NCBI GenBank assembly: GCA_030704615.1
Contig: JAKLZA010000293.1
Span: forward strand, 1-9,000
Direction: 5' to 3'
From: Takakia lepidozioides
Lineage: Eukaryota; Plantae; Bryophyta
DNA: 9,000 nucleotides
Shown here: positions 8,299 to 9,000 of the stretch, one piece after another
Layout of the letters: every line of letters starts with the position of its first letter
Position numbering within the stretch: the stretch's first letter is position 1
The notes under the pieces: model-generated
Told to the model about the DNA's origin: nothing
The model's input: only the letters and a program-made list of their open reading frames with translations
The model's database searches: none
Translations under genes and position numbers: made by a program

Positions 8299-9000
8299 AT
8301 GGAGGAACTAACAGACTATACGCTTGCAATATTACTTACGCAGTGGCATAGACACGAAAGGACAGAGCGGAGCTTTTCTCTTGAGCGATGCTTGCAAGCC
8401 CCGCAGGCTTACAAGAAATTACCCATAGCTTTCTGCGGCAACCATACGTTTATGCTTTGTGCACTACAGGCATTCCTACAGTTGTTACAGCCAAAACAGT
8501 TCGGTCAGTCTAAAATGAAGAGAGTGAGAGGCATGGAGGAAATCAGGGTGAAGAGCACCACGATTCTGCAGAAACAAACAATTGCTACCCCACAGGCGAT
8601 ACAGATACTGGAGGAGCTGAGATTGCAAGGATTGCAAAGCCTAGATTGGACACTACACCATAGACAGTACATGTTACAATTTTTGCAGAACTTTGAGCCA
8701 AGGACAGGAACAACAACGGTGAAGGGAGTAGAATTAATGATTACTCCCCTATACCTCCAGCAATTGTTTCGATTGCCAACAGGTCAGGTGCATGTGGAGA
8801 AACACAGGGCAAGACTGCAAATAGGGGACTTATTCCAAGAAGGGAGTTTCTTTAAAACTCAGGGTTATGCTTGTACCAAGGCTGTGTACCCAGGGTTAAA
8901 AGAGGTAGGCCAGGTATTGAACGTTCTGATTGCCATGAAACAGAACCAACAGTATTTGAGCAGATCCTTCACGGAGGAAATACTCAAAGGCCTGAAGGGA
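8299..9000 (+). CDS. 3' extra ORF (incomplete), possibly related to plant-transposon accessory or plant-mobile-domain-like proteins
   Basis: Hand translation: the frame is open from 8170 to the window end (277 codons), with ATGs at 8299, 8452 and 8515. From 8515: MKRVRGMEEIRVKSTTILQKQTIATPQAIQILEELRLQGLQSLDWTLHHRQYMLQFLQNFEPRTGTTTVKGVELMITPLYLQQLFRLPTGQ... It is absent from the ORF track, presumably because no stop falls in the window. Confidence 0.75.
   Translation, partial: MEELTDYTLAILLTQWHRHERTERSFSLERCLQAPQAYKKLPIAFCGNHTFMLCALQAFLQLLQPKQFGQSKMKRVRGMEEIRVKSTTILQKQTIATPQAIQILEELRLQGLQSLDWTLHHRQYMLQFLQNFEPRTGTTTVKGVELMITPLYLQQLFRLPTGQVHVEKHRARLQIGDLFQEGSFFKTQGYACTKAVYPGLKEVGQVLNVLIAMKQNQQYLSRSFTEEILKGLKG

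Larger units (their letters stand above)
1..9000 (+). mobile_element. Ty3/gypsy LTR retrotransposon, non-chromovirus (Athila/Tat/Ogre-like), truncated by both window edges
   Basis: Domain order gag-PR-RT-RH-INT. Plant non-chromovirus-type motifs DVFAWSYEDLKGI, KDPFPLPF (across a frameshift), [18 protein letters not shown] and WGLDFVGP. No chromodomain recognisable after the GPY motif. Confidence 0.95.

Overview
The window lies entirely within one plus-strand, plant-type Ty3/gypsy LTR retrotransposon of the non-chromovirus (Athila/Tat/Ogre-like) type; the exact lineage and host cannot be fixed from sequence alone. Order: 3' part of a probable 5' LTR (ends ...GCGCGACA at 916), tRNA-Arg-like primer binding site (919-936), an unexplained 5' extra ORF (to 1528), gag (long disordered N-terminus, capsid domain, three CCHC knuckles), protease, RT, RNase H and integrase (HHCC, D,D-35-E, GPY; damaged after ~7000). 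A 3' extra ORF missing from the supplied ORF track runs from 8299 past the window end. Gag-pol is broken only by apparent single-base deletions, mostly in homopolymers, which suggests sequencing error rather than decay. The most striking unexplained structure is a twice-used module: TTAGGGGTKACAG, a ~10-bp-period CACAG array, CACGATC(C)ATAG, a purine-rich spacer, then an accessory ORF. It occurs once in the LTR and once internally in front of the 3' ORF.
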